A stretch of 64,000 nucleotides of DNA from Myxococcota bacterium. Its GTDB lineage: Bacteria > Myxococcota_A > UBA9042. The DNA is taken from positions 8,143 through 72,142 of the forward strand of contig CAXNCS010000006.1 of the NCBI GenBank assembly GCA_964201005.1, in the 5' to 3' direction. Below are positions 1 through 9,690 of this stretch, piece after piece. Made by a program: the position numbers and the translations under genes. Each line of letters opens with the position of its first letter. The first letter of the stretch is position 1. The notes under the pieces were generated by a model. That model saw only the letters and a list, made by a program, of their open reading frames with translations, did no database searches and was not told the DNA's origin.

Positions 1-2415
1 AGTGGCCCCCGGCGGCGTCTGCAGCTTGATCTGCGCGGTAAAGCTCAGGATTTTGGTCTCGCCCGCCGCGACGCTCAGGTTCGCCGCTTGCACGGTGTTG
101 CCCACCAGCACCAGCTCGGGCGACTGGCTGTTGATAAACGTCAACTCACTCGGCAGCGGATCGGTGATGGTCACCGTGCCGGCCACTTGACCGTTGTTGA
201 CAATCGTCAAGTCAAAACGCAGCTGATCCCCCGGCAGCAGCGGCGTGGCGGGCGACAGGTCCACCGCACTCTTGCTCGAGGTCACAAAGCTGGTCAGCGC
301 CGCCAAGGTCAGCTTGGTCGGGTCATTGGCCCCCGGCTGGGCCGGATCGTCGCTGGCCACAGCCTTGCCGTCGATGGTCAACTGTGCCTGGCTATTGACG
401 ATATGCCCGTTGATCGGGCTGATTCCCTTGGCCGTCAGCTCTGCACCGGACAGCACTTTGGCCTGCCAAGTACAGGTCACCGTCTTGCCCGCGCCGATCT
501 GCACGTTGCTCGCCGTGATCAGCCCGGTGCCGTTGGGCCCGCCGGTCGCATCGACCTTGAGCTGGGTGGTCGGCAGCAGCGCGTCCAGGGTGCAGTCGAG
601 CTTGTTGGCCAGCAGCACCTCTTTGGGCGCCTCCCAGGTCCAACCGGCAAAAGCCGCGCCGCTCGCCACGTTCTGCAGGGTCAGCGCGTAACTCACCGTA
701 TCGCCGGGCTTTGCTCCGCTGGGCGTGACCGTCAAGGTCGGCGTGGCCACCTTGGGGGCAATCACCTTGACGGTGGTGGTGTTGCCCACAAACTGGTCGT
801 TGTACACCACGGTCGAGCCCTTGGTGCCCACGTAGCTGTAGTCCAAGGTGGAATAGGCACTGACCTCATTGACCCCAGGGTTCACCTTGATCTTTAGCTT
901 AAACGAGACTTTGCGCGCGCTATTGCCCCCGGCCGGATTGGTGATGCTGCCCAGGTTGAGCCCCGCCTGCAGCGGCGACAGCGCGCCCACGTCGGGCACC
1001 GCCTTGCCGTCCAGCACCGTCGAGCCGGCCACGTACTCGGTCCCCGCCGGCGGCCAAGCAGACAGCTTGAGCAGGCTATTGTCCGCGTCCAGCTGGCCGT
1101 TGTTCAGCAAATCCACCGTGTAGGTCAGCACTTCGCCCGGCGCCGCCTCGGTGGCATTGACGGTGAGTTTACTGATAATGTTCTTGAAATTCGGAGCTTT
1201 GCGGTTGATCTGCAACAGTGTGTAGTTGTAGAAGAACAGCTCGCCCGCGCCCGCTTGAACCACTTGCGGATTGTTGTTGTCCGTCAGCAGGCCGTTGCCA
1301 GAAGAAACCAAGAACGTCGCGGTGGTGTCCCCGGTCTTGATGAGCGGCGAAATGTCAAAGGTGTCCAGATCCACGCCGGGCTCGGGCGTAGAATTCATGA
1401 TGTTATCCGCGTCGTTGTTGCCCGCGCCGCCCGTGAGCTTGGTGCCGTTGAACTGCACAAAGTCAAAGCAGGTCGCGCACGGCGGACTGTCGGCGGTGCC
1501 GGGGGGATCCTGGGCCGGGTTGCCCAAGTGCGGGTCGCCTTCCATCGCGTAGAAGCTCAGCTGGGCCTCCGGCGGATCAGCGACAAGGAAGTTCTTGATC
1601 GTAAAGAAAATCTGCCCCGTCGAGTTCTGCTTCTCGTCGAGCATCACAAAGCCGTCGTACAAGAACACGTCGCGCTGGGTGGTGTCGCTGAACTTGGTGT
1701 CGTAGACCATCACCAGCGACCACGAGGCGTGGCGGCCCTGGCAATAGACATCCGTCGCCTGGCAGCACACTTGGTCTTCTACGCCCGACCAATTCTGCGG
1801 GCAGGTTCCCGGCGGATCTGCCGGGCCTTTGACTTTGATCGCCGCGACTTTGGCGTCCACACCGCCCAGCGAATACGTGCCGTTCCACGTCTGCGAGCCG
1901 GGGTGGGCGGCGATGAGCGCGGTGACGTCCTTCTTGCACAAAAAGTGCGGCCCGGTGCCGCCGGGATCGGAGCGGGTGTCGCATACGTCTGCGGTGACCT
2001 GCGAAGAAAACCCATCGGCCGCGGTGAATTGCGCCGTGTCATCGGGGCCCGCGTTCTGCGCCGAGCCGCCCCAGTACAGGTACGCCGCCACCACCACCGC
2101 GTCTTCAGGCAGCTTCTGGGCGATCTTGACCGAGTCCGAGCTCTGCGGCAGCAGCTTGTCGTTAAAGCGATAGTCGGTGAAGTTGGTCACCAGCGATGCG
2201 CCCAGCTGCACAGATTTGCCGTATACTTTCCATGCTTTTGGTGTCGTCGGGTAGGTGCCAATCACGGTCGCCGCAGCCGGAGCCGCGCCAAACGGGCCGA
2301 ACCCCGGGGCCAGGGCCCACAACAGCGCCAGCGCCACCAGCACCGCTAGGCCGGGCGACGACCGCCGGGCGCGCTGCGCTGAATTCCTGATGCCAAAGCC
2401 CTGCGGGTGGTGCAC
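1..2415 (-). CDS. Secreted cell-surface protein with DUF11-type (conserved repeat domain) beta-sandwich repeats; partial, 3' end runs off the left window edge
   Basis: Absent from the ORF track because no stop lies in the window. Manual reverse translation from the GTG at 2415 gives an uninterrupted 805-codon frame down to nt 1. The N-terminus MHHPQGFGIRNSAQRARRSSPGLAVLVALALLWALAPG looks like a signal peptide. Later repeats (GEVLTYTVDLLNNGQLDADN, GDTVSYALTLQNVASGAAF, GDQLRFDLTIVNNGQVAGTVTITDPLPSELTFIN) match the DUF11 repeat pattern. The + strand ORFs listed here are Arg/Gly-rich antisense artefacts. Confidence 0.7.
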   Translation of the reverse strand, partial: MHHPQGFGIRNSAQRARRSSPGLAVLVALALLWALAPGFGPFGAAPAAATVIGTYPTTPKAWKVYGKSVQLGASLVTNFTDYRFNDKLLPQSSDSVKIAQKLPEDAVVVAAYLYWGGSAQNAGPDDTAQFTAADGFSSQVTADVCDTRSDPGGTGPHFLCKKDVTALIAAHPGSQTWNGTYSLGGVDAKVAAIKVKGPADPPGTCPQNWSGVEDQVCCQATDVYCQGRHASWSLVMVYDTKFSDTTQRDVFLYDGFVMLDEKQNSTGQIFFTIKNFLVADPPEAQLSFYAMEGDPHLGNPAQDPPGTADSPPCATCFDFVQFNGTKLTGGAGNNDADNIMNSTPEPGVDLDTFDISPLIKTGDTTATFLVSSGNGLLTDNNNPQVVQAGAGELFFYNYTLLQINRKAPNFKNIISKLTVNATEAAPGEVLTYTVDLLNNGQLDADNSLLKLSAWPPAGTEYVAGSTVLDGKAVPDVGALSPLQAGLNLGSITNPAGGNSARKVSFKLKIKVNPGVNEVSAYSTLDYSYVGTKGSTVVYNDQFVGNTTTVKVIAPKVATPTLTVTPSGAKPGDTVSYALTLQNVASGAAFAGWTWEAPKEVLLANKLDCTLDALLPTTQLKVDATGGPNGTGLITASNVQIGAGKTVTCTWQAKVLSGAELTAKGISPINGHIVNSQAQLTIDGKAVASDDPAQPGANDPTKLTLAALTSFVTSSKSAVDLSPATPLLPGDQLRFDLTIVNNGQVAGTVTITDPLPSELTFINSQSPELVLVGNTVQAANLSVAAGETKILSFTAQIKLQTPPGAT

Positions 2416-2564
2416 GTAAGCCCCCAAAATCGGCGCCCCATTCCGGGCTGCGACAAGCGAGCAAGTATGCCGTGAATCCGCTCCGGATGCGAGCCAATCG
2501 CGCGATCAAACCGACGGCGCTTCTGCCGAGAGGTTGTCGGGTGGTTCTGATGAAATTTAGGTAG

Positions 2565-4412
2565 TTAGAACGGCGACCAAGCGGACATGGCGTTCTGACC
2601 CACCAGCCCTTCCTGCCCGGTACCCACGCCGCCCGTCAGCAGCACGTGCCCGGTGTTCAGCGGCGTCAGCGTGCCCAGGGTGCGATTGCCGCCCGGCATG
2701 TCATTCTCCACCGGGGCGATCTCGATCGTCGGCACAGGCACGCCGGTGCTCTTGTCGACCTTGACGTAGATCAGCTCGGCGCTCGCCAGGTGAATGCTCT
2801 CCGTGGTGCTGCCGCCGGCGATGAGCACTTGGCCCTCATTGGGTCCGCCCTGGACCGCAGCCACCATCGGCGCGCCGCGGGGGAACTGCATCGGGTAGCC
2901 CTGCGTGCTCAGGTAAGCTCCTGAATTGACGTCAAACACTTGCACGTTGCCGATCGCCTTGGTGTGCTCTTTGTCGGAGAAGCCGCCCACGATGTAGACG
3001 TGCCGGTAGTCCAAGACGGGCGAGTTGCGCGGGACGGCCACGTAGGTCGCCGCAGCCATGGTGCGGGCCTGCGGCAGGGTCTGGGTCAGGGGCCGCCAGA
3101 AGAAGGAGCTGTTGCCGCAATCGCCAAAACCCTGGACATTGGGGTCGCATTCGGCGTCGGCGCGCGAGATCATTCCGCCGCCCAAGGTGGTGAACTGCAC
3201 GACCTCAAAGTCTTGGCGCACCCCCGCTTCGCTCTCACCGCCAATCAGCATGACGTAACCGCCTGCAACCCCTGGCAAACGCACGGCAGCTTGGTTCCAG
3301 CGCGGCGCGTTGAGCCGGCCTTGGGCCTTGTTGCCTTCGGTCGGGTGCCACAGTTCCCAGGTGTTGCCCGCGCAATTGAGCTGGCGATTGCAGACCTTGG
3401 CCACACAGGTGTCGCCATTGCCGCACTCCGAGTCCGCCTCGCAGGGGGTCTTGGCTTCGATCTGCTCAAAGCACGGCGTCTCGCCCTTACCACCTAAAAT
3501 CAGGAAGTAATTACTGTTGGCGAACAGCTGCACCACCGTCGCCCCGGCGCGGGCAAAGGCCAGCGGAGCGCCCTCTTTGATCTTGCCTTGGGCGTCGATG
3601 TATTCGACAGAGTTGGTCAATTTGACCGCGCCGCCCTCGCTCACGTAGCCGCCGACCACGGCCACTACGCCGTTGCCCACCGCCGAAGAGTGAAAGGCCC
3701 GCCCCTTGGTCAAGCGGTATTCCGGCCCCGCGTCGCTGATCATCTGCACGGAGCGGTTGGACGGGCTGTACAGCGCCACGCCATCGGAAAAGAACTCGTA
3801 GGACGCCGGGTCATAGGCATTCTTCTTGCCCGCCGTCGGCCGACCACCGCCAATAATCAGCACTTCTCCGGTGTTCTGCGGCAGTGCCACCGAGGTCGAT
3901 CCCGCCAGGCCCTCCACTTCCGCCACGGTGCTGTCCTCGCCGTACAGCGGAGAGAAGCGGTTGAGCCGCGTCACGTACGGGGTGAGGTTCTTGATCGAAC
4001 CGCCTTTTTGGTGGTCAAACGGCACGGTCTTGCCGCGCGCCAGCACTGGAGCCGCCGGCCTGCCCGTCGCCGGGTCCACCGACCACAGCTCGACGCGCAA
4101 TTGCAGCCCCAGCCCGTAGGGGATGCCGGTGCAACCCTCCTGGCCGCACTCCAGAGTCAGCGAGGTGCCGCCGGGCACATACGGCTTGACCACTTGGTAG
4201 CTGCCGTCGACTTTGCCCGGCACCTCTGCGGTCACGGCGACAAATTTGTCCCCCGCCAAGGCAAAGGGGTCGTCCGCGGGGCTCAAGGGCCGGCGCACCA
4301 GCAAATTCGCGCCTTGGGCCGGCGGGGGGGCCTCACTGCTGCACGCCGCTGTCGCGAGCAACAGGGCCACCAGCAAAAATCGGCTCGGCACCGTAGAACG
4401 TCTCACCATCAT
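2565..4412 (-). CDS. Lipoprotein with Kelch-like beta-propeller repeats
   Basis: 615-aa ORF. N-terminus MMVRRSTVPSRFLLVALLLATAAC carries a lipobox (LATAAC). GG-containing blade motifs recur: VLIIGGGRP, VVAVVGGYVSEGG, FLILGGKGE, VMLIGGESEAG, VYIVGGFSDKE, VLIAGGSTTES, VLLTGGVGTG. Confidence 0.75.
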   Translation of the reverse strand: MMVRRSTVPSRFLLVALLLATAACSSEAPPPAQGANLLVRRPLSPADDPFALAGDKFVAVTAEVPGKVDGSYQVVKPYVPGGTSLTLECGQEGCTGIPYGLGLQLRVELWSVDPATGRPAAPVLARGKTVPFDHQKGGSIKNLTPYVTRLNRFSPLYGEDSTVAEVEGLAGSTSVALPQNTGEVLIIGGGRPTAGKKNAYDPASYEFFSDGVALYSPSNRSVQMISDAGPEYRLTKGRAFHSSAVGNGVVAVVGGYVSEGGAVKLTNSVEYIDAQGKIKEGAPLAFARAGATVVQLFANSNYFLILGGKGETPCFEQIEAKTPCEADSECGNGDTCVAKVCNRQLNCAGNTWELWHPTEGNKAQGRLNAPRWNQAAVRLPGVAGGYVMLIGGESEAGVRQDFEVVQFTTLGGGMISRADAECDPNVQGFGDCGNSSFFWRPLTQTLPQARTMAAATYVAVPRNSPVLDYRHVYIVGGFSDKEHTKAIGNVQVFDVNSGAYLSTQGYPMQFPRGAPMVAAVQGGPNEGQVLIAGGSTTESIHLASAELIYVKVDKSTGVPVPTIEIAPVENDMPGGNRTLGTLTPLNTGHVLLTGGVGTGQEGLVGQNAMSAWSPF

Positions 4413-4512
4413 CGCAACCTACCTCTGTCTCACCCCGCGCCGCTTCAGCCGCAGTCGGCTGGATGGACGCGCGAAGCTGGACCGCATGGTCCAGGGCCCG
4501 TTTTCCCTGCGA

Positions 4513-6180
4513 CTACGGCAGGACCACCTTGGCGCCAAATCCCGTCGCTTCCGCCGCAGGGCGCGTGGCCGCATAGGCTCCTGCGCCTGCACCGCCCAGC
4601 ACCACCACGCCCATCGCCGTCCAGAACCACCACGTCTTGTAGACCGGCTTGGAATCCTTGTCTTTCTGCAGCAGGTTGGCGTAAGGGTCTTCAATGCCGC
4701 CCAGGTTGGGATCGGGCACGCGCTTGGGCTCAATCTTGGGCTCGACCTTGGGTTCCACTTTTGGCTCGACCTTGGGCTCCACCTTGGGCTCGATCCGCGG
4801 GTCTTCCTCGCGCGGTGTCGGCACGATCTCCGGCGCCTCAGGTTCCTCCGCCGCCTGGGCAGTCGTAAAGATCTCCGGCACTTTGGTGAGGTCGCCGCTG
4901 CAGCTCTGGGCCTCGCGGACCTTGCCTTCGGCCTCCAGGGTCTGCATCTGCAGGTTGCCCAGGTTGGCGGCGTAGTCGATGCGCGGCAGGGCGCAGGTGC
5001 GGCGCTCCTTGGCGTTGAACATAAACATGTACAGCTCAAGGGTGTTGGCGTTGCGCTTGTTCACCAGACCAAACAGCAAATAGTTGGCCCGCACCTGCTT
5101 GGCAAACAGCCCGGCGGAGTTGCGGAAAAGCTTGTCATTGAAGTTGCCCTTATTGGCAAAATCCTTCAGGTCTTCTGGGCCCACCCCGACAGAAATCTCG
5201 TGCTCGGGATCCACCTCGACCTGGAGCGCCGCGCGGATCGATGCAGCTTTGCCTTTGGCGACAAATACTTGGCCCCAGGGCGCGGCGTTGCCTTTCTTGA
5301 CTTGGACATAGTGGGTGCCCTGGAGCAGCTCCTTGGCCACGGCCGGCGGCGGCCCAATGCTCACGCCGTCCACAAACACCACCGCGTCGGCCTCGCGGCA
5401 CTCGACGGTCAGCTCGGTCGTCGGCTTGCCGGTTAGGCCCTCGCGGGTCTTATCGACCAAAGTCTTCAGCTCTTTGTTGCTCTTGCGCCCGTCGACCACA
5501 AAGCTCGGTTGGATCGCGATGGCCTTGCTCACCCAATCGCCGGCGGCCTTGGCGTCGCCCTGCGTCAGCGCGATCTGCGCCAGCGAGGCATAGCAGTCCA
5601 CAAGCTTGTTGAAATCGACGAGCTCAATAAAATTCTGCTCATAGCGGTCGGCCGCGGCGCGGAGCAGCTTGGCGGCGTCGTCCATAGCCTCGCCCTCGGC
5701 GAGAATGTCGCGGGCGGCCAGGAGGAGTTTGTCAGCCTTATCAAGAGCTTTGAGCGCCGGGCTGGCCGCAGTCGGCCGGGCTGCCGCAGGGGTCGCCGCT
5801 CCAGCTGACGCCGAGGCCTTGCCGGTCGCCATGGTCTTTTCAGGCAGCACCTTAAAGGAACCGCCCGCGTCCACCATCTGGCGCAAGTACTCTTCAATGC
5901 GCGCGACCGCCACGTTGCCCACGTCGCCGCGCTTCACAAAAGGCACAAGGCCCAAGGAGGCTTTGTCTTCCTCGCCAGCGTAAGCTTGCGCACCCATCGG
6001 CGATTGCGCCGGCAGGGTCGTCGCCAACCACAGCGTCGGCACCAACAGGGCGATCGCCACGGGGCGCAAACGCCGCCGCAGCGCCGCCAGAGGCGAAGAG
6101 GGCGCAGGCTGCAACTGCATCTGCAGGCGCTTTTCCGCCAGCGGAGTTTGGCCCACGGGGGCAGAGTTGATCGCGGTCAT
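4513..6180 (-). CDS. PEGA-domain protein with (KVEP)n linker and C-terminal transmembrane anchor
   Basis: 555-aa ORF. PEGA-like segment: ELTVECREADAVVFVDGVSIGPPPAVAKELLQGTHYVQVKK. Low-complexity stretch EPKVEPKVEPKVEPKVEPKIEPK. C-terminal hydrophobic helix WWFWTAMGVVVLGGAGAGAYAA. The start codon is uncertain; there is an internal Met at codon 21. Confidence 0.7.
   Translation of the reverse strand: MTAINSAPVGQTPLAEKRLQMQLQPAPSSPLAALRRRLRPVAIALLVPTLWLATTLPAQSPMGAQAYAGEEDKASLGLVPFVKRGDVGNVAVARIEEYLRQMVDAGGSFKVLPEKTMATGKASASAGAATPAAARPTAASPALKALDKADKLLLAARDILAEGEAMDDAAKLLRAAADRYEQNFIELVDFNKLVDCYASLAQIALTQGDAKAAGDWVSKAIAIQPSFVVDGRKSNKELKTLVDKTREGLTGKPTTELTVECREADAVVFVDGVSIGPPPAVAKELLQGTHYVQVKKGNAAPWGQVFVAKGKAASIRAALQVEVDPEHEISVGVGPEDLKDFANKGNFNDKLFRNSAGLFAKQVRANYLLFGLVNKRNANTLELYMFMFNAKERRTCALPRIDYAANLGNLQMQTLEAEGKVREAQSCSGDLTKVPEIFTTAQAAEEPEAPEIVPTPREEDPRIEPKVEPKVEPKVEPKVEPKIEPKRVPDPNLGGIEDPYANLLQKDKDSKPVYKTWWFWTAMGVVVLGGAGAGAYAATRPAAEATGFGAKVVLP
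4723..4794 (-). repeat. Six tandem 12-nt units encoding (K-V/I-E-P)6
   Basis: The + strand reads cttgggctcaat/cttgggctcgac/cttgggttccac/ttttggctcgac/cttgggctccac/cttgggctcgat. All units are in frame within the PEGA-protein CDS. Confidence 0.85.
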
Positions 6181-6348
6181 TGCCGTAACCTCGTGACTGT
6201 CATGGGGCTGATCCCCGGCGCGGCCGCCCCATCCCGGTTGGGATAGCGGACTTCGACCCCATAGTGTGCCTCAACCGCCGCAGAGATCCAAACCTTTGGC
6301 CCATGCCCTTGGCGAATTGCTGCTGCTGCGGTGCGCCGGCCACCCCGC

Positions 6349-7164
6349 TCAGGGCGGTCCAGCAGCTCCCACAGCTCCAGCCGTCGCCGCTGCGCGCCGC
6401 ACCACGGTCAGACCCACGGGGACACGAATCGCTGTCGTCACTTGGACTTGTACAGGCCCCGCCGCGACATCCAGCATCGCAGAGGAGCCGCCATCCAGGT
6501 TGAGCGCATCGGTCAGCGCCGCGCCACCTTGCTCTGGCGGTCGCCCCAAGGTCTGGGCCCACGCCGCCAGCGACAGCACCCCTTCAGACACCGCCAGCAC
6601 GACCCGCCCCTCGCCATCGCGGCCCAGGGCGACCCGCCGCGCCAGCTCAGAACTGCGAAATTGCTGGACCTTTCCCGCCACCAGCAGCCGCGGGCCGCAC
6701 TCCACCGCAAACTCCAGATCGGGCGGCGCCTGCCACGCCCTGGCGTGTTCCAGCAGGGCCTGGCCCGCCGCCACTGCAAAAACGCCGTGGTCGACGCGGC
6801 GCAGATGCGCCAACTCCCGCCCAGCGCTCACCAAGAGACCCAGGGGCTTGTACATCGGGTCAAAATAGCCGGCGTTGATCGCCGCCACACCGCCGGCGTG
6901 TCTGCGAAAATCCTCAGCGGTGGCAAGGGCTTGCCCCAGGTCCGCCGCGCGCGTGACCCGCAGCTCAAATTCCGTTAGGCGCATGCGCAGCAAGTGAAAG
7001 GCCGCCGGACGGTGATCCCCAGCGGCGTGCGATAGGCCGCGGGCGTAGTCCAGACCGGGCAGGGCGACCTGCCAGCGCAGCGGAGGCTCCGGTTCCGCAC
7101 GGCGGCAGCCAGCGATCCCCGCTGCGAGGGTCGCCGCGCCAATCAGCCAGGTGCGCCGCTGCAC
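6349..7164 (-). CDS. Phosphodiester glycosidase family protein (DUF2233/NAGPA-like), probable lipoprotein
   Basis: 271-aa ORF. N-terminus MQRRTWLIGAATLAAGIAGC (lipobox). Family-typical motifs AINAGYFDP, CGPRLLVAGKV and ALNLDGGSSAML. Confidence 0.75.
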   Translation of the reverse strand: MQRRTWLIGAATLAAGIAGCRRAEPEPPLRWQVALPGLDYARGLSHAAGDHRPAAFHLLRMRLTEFELRVTRAADLGQALATAEDFRRHAGGVAAINAGYFDPMYKPLGLLVSAGRELAHLRRVDHGVFAVAAGQALLEHARAWQAPPDLEFAVECGPRLLVAGKVQQFRSSELARRVALGRDGEGRVVLAVSEGVLSLAAWAQTLGRPPEQGGAALTDALNLDGGSSAMLDVAAGPVQVQVTTAIRVPVGLTVVRRAAATAGAVGAAGPP

Positions 7165-7167
7165 GGC

Positions 7168-9690
7168 CTACAGGAGCTTGGCGATGCCGTCGCGCAGCTT
7201 CTGCAGCTGCTCTTCGGGCTTAAAGCCGGTGTCGTAGTAGCGAATGACGCCCTGCCGGTCGATGATGAACGTAGCCGGCATAGAGTAGACGTTGAAGCGG
7301 CCCATGAGCTCGGATTCCTGGTCGGCGATGATACCCCAGGGCGCCTCGAAGCCCTTGGCAAACTCCAGTGAGCGATCAGCCTCGCGGTCCACGCCGATGC
7401 TGACCACCTGGAAGCCCTTGGCCTTGTGCTCTTTGTAGAGGTTCACGAGCTCCGGGAACTCCTTCTTGCACGGACCGCACCAGGAGGCAAAGAAGTTGAT
7501 GAGCGTGACCTTGCCCTGGAACTGCGCCGTGTCAATGGTCTGGCCGTTGGAGTCCTTGACGCTAAAGGCCGGCACCGGCTTGCCCACGAGATCGGCGTCG
7601 CCGCCCTTGAGGTCACTCGCCGCCACCTTGGCTTGGGCGACATCGCTGTCTGCGCAGCAGCGAAAGCCCGTGGTCAGATTGCGGTTGCCCGTGCCAAAGC
7701 TGGCCGAGCGCTGATTGCATGCCGCCCGCTCGCCGGAGTTGTTGTGGCCGCCCATCAGGCCCGCCGTCTCTTTGCTCACACCGGACCATTCGCCCATGTT
7801 GCCGGCGAGGTCAAAGATGCCTGAAGCGGTGCGGCAGCCGGCCTTGACACCGGTCTTGCCCGCCTTGCCCTTGTACTTGTCCTCTTGATCGACGCAGGTG
7901 CCCGCTTCGTAGAAGGTGCCGTATGGGTACATGTTGCCTTCGACGTCGTCGTCCGCAAACTGCGCGTTGTTGTTGTTGTCCACCGGGATGGCGTTGGAGC
8001 ACGCGGCCACCCACTCTTCTTCTGAGCACAGGCGTTTGCCGGACTTCTTGCACGCCTCATCGGCCTCCACCCAGCTGGCCATGGCCGGCTCGACGTCGGG
8101 CAGCGAAACCGCCTTGCCGTCGCGGGTCAGCGCCGCCTCGTACGGGTCGATAAAGAAGGCGCCTTTGCTCGACTTGGCGGCGATCATGTGGCTGCCGTCC
8201 GGCTTGGGGGCCAGGGGCGCAGCGGCCTGAGCGGCGGCGGAAGTCGGATTTTCCAAAGCCTTTTGGATGTAGTAGTCCAAGATCGCCGTCGAGGCCGATC
8301 CGGTCACCATGCGGCCGTTGATGTAGGTGCGCGGCGCGCCGTAGATACCCGCGGAGTAGGCCGCCTCGATGTCCTTGTTGAACTTGGCCTGGGCCGCTGG
8401 GCCAGTCAGGCAGGCGTCGTACTTGGCCAGGTCCAAGCCCAATTCCTCGGCGGCCTTGCGGTTGGCCTCGGGATCGAGCTTGGGCTGATTGGCGTAGAGT
8501 TTGTCGTGCATGTCCCAGAACTTGCCCTGCACGCCCGCACAGTAGGACGCCTTGTGGGCATTGCAGGCGTTGGGGTGCTTGTCATAGCCCGCCATGTACT
8601 TGTTGCACGCCGGATTCATCGGGAAATGCTTCATCACAAAGCGGACTTTGTCCTTGTACTTGGTCTTGAGCGGCTCCATGGTCAGGGCCAGGTAGCGGCA
8701 GTACGGGCACTCAAAGTCGGAGTACTTGACCACCGTGACCTTGGCGTCCTTGGGCCCATAGGCGTCGCGCAGATCCTCTTCATCCAGGCAGGGTTCGTAG
8801 ATGGTGTAGCCGTCTTCGGTCTTCTTGCCCATCGGCTTGCCGCACTCGCCCGTTGGCCGCGCCGCTGGGGCTGCCGGGGCATTGGCCGCTCCAGCACCTG
8901 CCGCAGCTTGGGCCCCACCTTCTGCCGCCGCCGCTGCCCCCGCGCCACCGCCGGCCGCTGCCGCGCCAAATTGCTCTTCGATCTTCTTCTTATAGGCATC
9001 TTCCAGCGACGTCTTGGTCGAGTCGTAGCCGATAAACGCCAGGCCGCCGCCGATCAACAGCACCAGCACCGAGGTCACCACCGGCTGCGCGCCGGTCCCC
9101 AGCAGCTTAAAGCAGCGCTGGATGGCCACGCCCACCGTCTTGGGGCCCGCGGCAATCGCCAGGGCTGCCACAAAGAAGTTCACAAAATACAGAGAGATGC
9201 AGTACAGGCAGTACGCCTCGACCACCGCAGAGCTGTAAAGCCCCAGAAACATCGAATACAAGCTCGCCAGAAGCGCAATGCCCGCGACGATGTCCATGCC
9301 GTTGGCTGCCAGCTGGCGCATATCCGCCGCGGCGTTCTTGGCCCTCAGCGCCATCGCCACCAAGTACAGCTGGACCAGATAGGTCGGGATGCCGTACAGG
9401 CTGATCGGCAGGCCAAAAATCTCTGAAGCCCCAGAAACATTGACTTTATCGCAGTTGATCGCCCCGCCGATGTTGCAGCTCGATACGTACGTCGGGTCGT
9501 TGGTGATGTGCAGCTTGTGGCGCACCAAATACATGGATACGCCCAGGCCAGCGAGCAAAAGCAGCAGCAGGCCATAGAGGTATTGGGGCTTGGGCTCAAA
9601 AGCCTCCGCCGGCAATGCTTCTGCTGGACGCGCGGCAGGCGTTTGTGGCGGCGGAGAACTGGCGGGGGATTGCTGCGTGTGCTTGGCCAT
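7168..9690 (-). CDS. Four-domain envelope redox fusion: VKOR (membrane) + DsbA-like thioredoxin + FGE/SUMF1-fold domain + TlpA/ResA-like thioredoxin
   Basis: VKOR loop cysteines CNIGGAINC and active site CLYC lie in a multi-TM N-terminal part. DsbA-like motif: KYSDFECPYCRYL. FGE-fold motifs: WVEADEACKKSGKRLCSEEEW, GIFDLAGNMGEWSG, GFRCC. TlpA-like motif: INFFASWCGPCKKEFPEL. The ORF opens at 9975, but the first 95 codons are Arg/Gly-rich junk. I place the start at the ATG at 9690 (MAKHTQQSP...), giving 840 aa. Confidence 0.85.
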   Translation of the reverse strand: MAKHTQQSPASSPPPQTPAARPAEALPAEAFEPKPQYLYGLLLLLLAGLGVSMYLVRHKLHITNDPTYVSSCNIGGAINCDKVNVSGASEIFGLPISLYGIPTYLVQLYLVAMALRAKNAAADMRQLAANGMDIVAGIALLASLYSMFLGLYSSAVVEAYCLYCISLYFVNFFVAALAIAAGPKTVGVAIQRCFKLLGTGAQPVVTSVLVLLIGGGLAFIGYDSTKTSLEDAYKKKIEEQFGAAAAGGGAGAAAAAEGGAQAAAGAGAANAPAAPAARPTGECGKPMGKKTEDGYTIYEPCLDEEDLRDAYGPKDAKVTVVKYSDFECPYCRYLALTMEPLKTKYKDKVRFVMKHFPMNPACNKYMAGYDKHPNACNAHKASYCAGVQGKFWDMHDKLYANQPKLDPEANRKAAEELGLDLAKYDACLTGPAAQAKFNKDIEAAYSAGIYGAPRTYINGRMVTGSASTAILDYYIQKALENPTSAAAQAAAPLAPKPDGSHMIAAKSSKGAFFIDPYEAALTRDGKAVSLPDVEPAMASWVEADEACKKSGKRLCSEEEWVAACSNAIPVDNNNNAQFADDDVEGNMYPYGTFYEAGTCVDQEDKYKGKAGKTGVKAGCRTASGIFDLAGNMGEWSGVSKETAGLMGGHNNSGERAACNQRSASFGTGNRNLTTGFRCCADSDVAQAKVAASDLKGGDADLVGKPVPAFSVKDSNGQTIDTAQFQGKVTLINFFASWCGPCKKEFPELVNLYKEHKAKGFQVVSIGVDREADRSLEFAKGFEAPWGIIADQESELMGRFNVYSMPATFIIDRQGVIRYYDTGFKPEEQLQKLRDGIAKLL

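Noticed and set aside
88-2349. + strand ORFs 88..897 and 1255..2349
   Set aside because: They are Arg/Gly/His-rich junk. The opposite strand encodes a coherent signal-peptide/DUF11 protein that the track omitted because it is edge-truncated.
3588-5436. + strand ORFs 3588..4868 (426 aa) and 4213..5436 (407 aa)
   Set aside because: They are antisense to the Kelch-like lipoprotein and PEGA genes, with Arg/Pro/Gly-rich composition and no motifs.
8188-9426. 412-aa + strand ORF inside the redox-fusion gene
   Set aside because: Antisense artefact with Arg/Gly/His-rich composition.
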